Assembly (NCBI GenBank): GCA_002683655.1
Contig: NYTS01000060.1
Span: forward strand, 1-51,525
Length of the DNA stretch: 51,525 bases
Direction of reading: 5' to 3'
Origin: Deltaproteobacteria bacterium
GTDB taxonomy: Bacteria; SAR324; NAC60-12
The position numbers and the translations under genes were made by a program. A model generated the notes under the pieces. The model did not search any database. It worked only from the letters and a program-made list of their open reading frames with translations, and was not told the origin of the DNA. Within the stretch, counting starts at the first letter, position 1; each line of letters begins with the position of its first letter. This document shows, in pieces, positions 47,920 to 51,525 of the stretch.

Positions 47920-48927
47920 ATGGCAGTAGGTAAACTCACTGGTCCTAAAAAAGCTGCAATCCTTTTACTGGCACTAGGCGAAGAGGGAGCGGCAGAAGTC
48001 ATGAAGAACTTGGAGGAAGCTGAGATTCAGCAAGTCGGCTACTACATGACTCGATTCAATGACATTTCTTCGGAGGAGCTAGATCAAGTATTAGAAGAAT
48101 TTTACAGACAATCTATTTCGGATGGAGGTGGTGGAGATTTAATGGCTTCACCAGACTTCGTGAAAAATGCTCTGAATGCTGCTCTGGGAGCAGATAAAGC
48201 TAAGGAATTGACTGGAACGATGAATGCGTCTGACCAAGATGTAGGGTTAGATGCCCTACAATACATGGATCCAGTAATGATTTCGAATTACATCCGCACT
48301 GAACATCCTCAAACCATTGCTCTGATTATCTCTTATCTTACAAATATCGACCAAGCAGCAGGAGTGCTCAGAACCTTACCAGAAAACTTGCAGGCGGATG
48401 TTGTCTATAGAATCGCTTCTCTGGACAGTATTCCTCCTGGCGTTGTGAACGAACTCAACGAGGTTCTCTCGGATGAAATGAAACAAGCGGGCAGTATGGT
48501 TACCAAGGTTGGTGGGGTGGCACCGGTGGCTGAGATTCTAAACTCCATTGACAAGGCTTCTGAAACAAGAATTCTCTCAACAATCGAAGAATCTAATCCG
48601 GATCTAGCTGAAAAAATACGTGAGCTGATGTTCACCTTTGAAGATTTGACATTGATTGATAGCAAGCAGATGCAAACAGTGCTGAAGGATGTTGACAAGG
48701 CTGATTTGGCAATGGCTCTGAAGACAGCCAGTGATGCTGTCCGTGAATTGATTATGAAGTCAATGTCTACAAGAGCTGCAGAAATGTTGAACGATGACCT
48801 TGAAAATATGGGACCAGTCAAAGTCTCAGACGTTGAAACCGCCCAGCAGAAAATTATTAAGATCGTGAAAAAGCTAGAGGAGGAAGGGAAACTCATCATG
48901 GCAGGCGCCGGTGAGGATGTTGTTTGA
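47920..48927 (+). CDS. fliG: Flagellar motor switch protein FliG
   Basis: LTG.KKAAILLLALG, EHPQTIALI, GGV..VAEILN, MFTFEDL and MS.RAA; GGAGG RBS. Confidence 0.95.
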   Translation: MAVGKLTGPKKAAILLLALGEEGAAEVMKNLEEAEIQQVGYYMTRFNDISSEELDQVLEEFYRQSISDGGGGDLMASPDFVKNALNAALGADKAKELTGTMNASDQDVGLDALQYMDPVMISNYIRTEHPQTIALIISYLTNIDQAAGVLRTLPENLQADVVYRIASLDSIPPGVVNELNEVLSDEMKQAGSMVTKVGGVAPVAEILNSIDKASETRILSTIEESNPDLAEKIRELMFTFEDLTLIDSKQMQTVLKDVDKADLAMALKTASDAVRELIMKSMSTRAAEMLNDDLENMGPVKVSDVETAQQKIIKIVKKLEEEGKLIMAGAGEDVV

Positions 48928-48963
48928 TGCCCGAAAACTTTCATTAAAACTTTTTAGAACCGA

Positions 48964-49896
48964 ATGAACAAAGCTCCCACTTTACAGCACATGATCATGA
49001 CCCTGCACCAATTTTGGGACGAGCAGGGCTGCTTGTTGATGAACCCATATGACATTGAGACAGGGGCGGGTACGATGAATCCGATGACCACTCTTCGTAC
49101 TCTTGGTCCCGAAGAGTGGAATGTTGCTTACGTAGAACCCTCCAGAAGACCAGCCGATGGTAGGTATGGAGAGAATCCAAATCGGCTGTATCAACATCAT
49201 CAATATCAAGTCATCCTTAAGCCGTCTCCAGAAAATGTTCAGGAATTGTACTTGGACTCATTGTATCGCCTTGGGATTGATCCACTAGAGCATGACATAC
49301 GTTTCGTTGAGGACAATTGGGAAGCTCCTACCCTAGGAGCTTGGGGGCTGGGTTGGGAAGTCTGGCTCGATGGAATGGAGGTGACTCAATTCACCTACTT
49401 TCAACAGGTTGGAGGGCTTGAATGTTATCCTGTTGCTGCGGAATTAACCTACGGGTTGGAACGCTTGGCAACCTATCTACAAAATAAAGAGAACGTTTTC
49501 GATATTGAATTCACTGAGGGTGTAAGCTACGGAGCGATTTTCAGACATCCCGAATATGAGCACTCGAAATATACCTTTGAGATTGCTGGTGCGGACCAAT
49601 TGATCCGCTGGTTTGATGAGTATGAACAGGAATCAGGCAGAGCACTTGAAAGCACCCTCGTGTTCCCAGCTTTTGATTATGTTTTGAAGTGTTCTCATAC
49701 GTTCAATCTTTTAGATGCTGGTGGAGCGATCGGTGTTTCAGCAAGGGCTGGCTATATCGGCCGGGTGAGGTCACTGACACAACGGGTTTGCAAATTATTT
49801 TTGGAGGAAAGACGAAAACTTGGTTTCCCTCTGATGAAAGATCGCGCTGCGGCTCAGGTTTGGGTTGAACAGCTAGCGCCCAAGGAGGCGGTTTGA
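48964..49896 (+). CDS. glyQ: Glycine--tRNA ligase alpha subunit
   Basis: [48 protein letters not shown] and KCSH.FNLLDA. Confidence 0.97.
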   Translation: MNKAPTLQHMIMTLHQFWDEQGCLLMNPYDIETGAGTMNPMTTLRTLGPEEWNVAYVEPSRRPADGRYGENPNRLYQHHQYQVILKPSPENVQELYLDSLYRLGIDPLEHDIRFVEDNWEAPTLGAWGLGWEVWLDGMEVTQFTYFQQVGGLECYPVAAELTYGLERLATYLQNKENVFDIEFTEGVSYGAIFRHPEYEHSKYTFEIAGADQLIRWFDEYEQESGRALESTLVFPAFDYVLKCSHTFNLLDAGGAIGVSARAGYIGRVRSLTQRVCKLFLEERRKLGFPLMKDRAAAQVWVEQLAPKEAV

Positions 49897-51525
49897 ATTC
49901 ATTCTTACTGGAAATTGGACTCGAGGAAGTTCCAGCTTCGATGATCCAACCATCAATTGAACAACTCAGAGAACTTGTTACAAAAACCCTCCAACAGCAA
50001 AATTTGAGCGGTCAAATTGAGATTTTTGGGACGCCAAGGCGATTTGGACTGCTTGTCCGTAATTTGCCAGCATCACAAGCTAATCGAATTGAGGAAATCA
50101 AGGGTCCGCCCATTGAAATGGCCAAGGATGAAAAGGGCCAATGGAAACAAGCTGCTCTTGGATTTGCGAAGAAAAATGGAATTGATTCCGAAAAACTAGA
50201 AGTTCGAGATTTTTCAGGCAAGGAATATCTTTACGCTATCAAGCATTTAGAGGGAAGACAGACAAAGGAAATCCTAGAAGCATCGATTTTGGAATGGATT
50301 CATGCTCTGCGTTTCCCAAAAAATATGCGCTGGGGATCTTACCGCCAACGCTTTGTCCGTCCAATCCGTTGGTTAACTTGCCTTTGGAATAGTGAAGTTA
50401 TTTCTGTTGGACTCGAAATGGTGAGAAGCGGCAATCGAAGCTTTGGACATCGATTTCTTAGCAAAGACTTTTTTACCATTGATCAGGCAGACCAATATGA
50501 GAAATCTCTTCGAGATCGATGGGTGATTGCTTCGCCTTCTAAGCGTCGTGCAAGAATAGAAGAACAAATTCAGGAACTCGAGAGAAAATACAAATGGCGT
50601 ATTGAAATTGATCCATTACTGCTGATGGAAGTGACTAATTTACTAGAATGGCCTACGGCTTTGGTTGGTAGTTTTGAAGAAGCTTTTTTAGAACTGCCCA
50701 ACGAGGTTCTTGTGACCTCAATGGCAGTTCACCAGCGGTATTTCCCCGTATATGAAAAAGATGGCACCAATCTTCTCCCGTACTTTATTGCCGTCCGAAA
50801 CGGAAACGAACACGGTTTGGATACAGTGCGGCAGGGAAATGAGAGGGTAATCAGGGCTAGACTGAGTGATGCACGCTTTTTCTACCAGGAAGACCAAAAA
50901 GTGGCTTTGGTTGATTTCGAAAAAAAAGCAGCTAACGCGATCTTCTTCCCTGATAGAGGCAGTCAACAAGATCGTACAGAGAGAATTCAATTGATAACTG
51001 AAAGATTCTCCAAAGTTCTTATGCTGGACCAAAAAGAACAGTGCGAAGCAAAAAGAGTCGCCAAACTCTGTAAGTTCGATTTGCAAACGAAAATGGTTTA
51101 TGAATTCCCTGAATTGCAGGGAATCATGGGAGAGAGGTACGCAACAATTTTAGGGGAGTCTGAGGGGGTTTGCAGAGGGATCAGAGAGCACTACTGGCCA
51201 AGAAATGCAGACGATCAACTTCCTCAAGACCCAATCACTTGGCCAGTTGCATTGGCCGATCGTATTGATTCGTTATCGGGTGCTTTTTCACTGGGGAAAA
51301 TTCCCAAGGGTGCAGCTGATCCCTTTGCATTGCGTAGGGCCGCACAAGGAATTCTACAACTGATCTTAAGGCTTAAACTGCCCTTAAGTCTGAATTATCT
51401 GATCGATCAATCATTAGGAATACTTAAAGATCAACAGTCTCTGGAACTGGACTGGTCAGCCATTCAAAAACAATTGCTAGAATTTCTTCAACAAAGACAA
51501 AGATATCTGCTTCAGGAACAATATG
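49893..51525 (+). CDS. glyS: Glycine--tRNA ligase beta subunit (runs off the window end; not in the ORF track)
   Basis: TTG start overlaps the glyQ stop. Manual translation gives [67 protein letters not shown] and DPFALRR. Confidence 0.95.
   Translation, partial: MNSFLLEIGLEEVPASMIQPSIEQLRELVTKTLQQQNLSGQIEIFGTPRRFGLLVRNLPASQANRIEEIKGPPIEMAKDEKGQWKQAALGFAKKNGIDSEKLEVRDFSGKEYLYAIKHLEGRQTKEILEASILEWIHALRFPKNMRWGSYRQRFVRPIRWLTCLWNSEVISVGLEMVRSGNRSFGHRFLSKDFFTIDQADQYEKSLRDRWVIASPSKRRARIEEQIQELERKYKWRIEIDPLLLMEVTNLLEWPTALVGSFEEAFLELPNEVLVTSMAVHQRYFPVYEKDGTNLLPYFIAVRNGNEHGLDTVRQGNERVIRARLSDARFFYQEDQKVALVDFEKKAANAIFFPDRGSQQDRTERIQLITERFSKVLMLDQKEQCEAKRVAKLCKFDLQTKMVYEFPELQGIMGERYATILGESEGVCRGIREHYWPRNADDQLPQDPITWPVALADRIDSLSGAFSLGKIPKGAADPFALRRAAQGILQLILRLKLPLSLNYLIDQSLGILKDQQSLELDWSAIQKQLLEFLQQRQRYLLQEQY

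Noticed and set aside
1290-51086. Numerous 60-180 aa ORFs antisense to or nested in assigned genes (e.g. 1733..2119, 15800..16276, 48405..48944, 50718..51086)
   Set aside because: They are shadow ORFs of well-supported genes, with no recognisable motifs.

Overview
A gene-dense stretch of bacterial core chromosome, low-40s % GC by eye. Gene content and sequence style suggest a flagellated Gram-negative deltaproteobacteria-like lineage such as marine SAR324; this is an inference and was not tested. Contents in order: a decayed C-factor-like SDR pseudogene, tpiA-secG, a renalase-like oxidoreductase, manC, a porin, a CASTOR/POLLUX-like channel, leuB, a Spo0M/arrestin-like protein, metH-metF, an Fe-S D-lactate dehydrogenase, and a copA-csoR-GT9-lipoprotein run with a clear CsoR operator. 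Then come carA, corA, a divergent clpB, a long + strand run (sco, hypothetical His/Cys protein, yejF, flhB, flhA, flhF, flhG, fliA, two small ORFs, class V aminotransferase, XPB-like helicase), a long - strand run (OM barrel, ispD, gspD, scpA, sucrase/ferredoxin, fliN), fliG, glyQ and a truncated glyS. I saw no rRNA, tRNA, CRISPR array, IS element or prophage, and no clear-cut novel multi-gene system. The best leads are: a secretin with about six N-domain repeats; a Sco-coupled uncharacterised putative copper protein; a FliN with repeated CheY-binding-like peptides; a 20-bp palindrome that makes two convergent genes both end in DRYR*; Bacillales-like glyQS; and a bacterial CASTOR/POLLUX channel.
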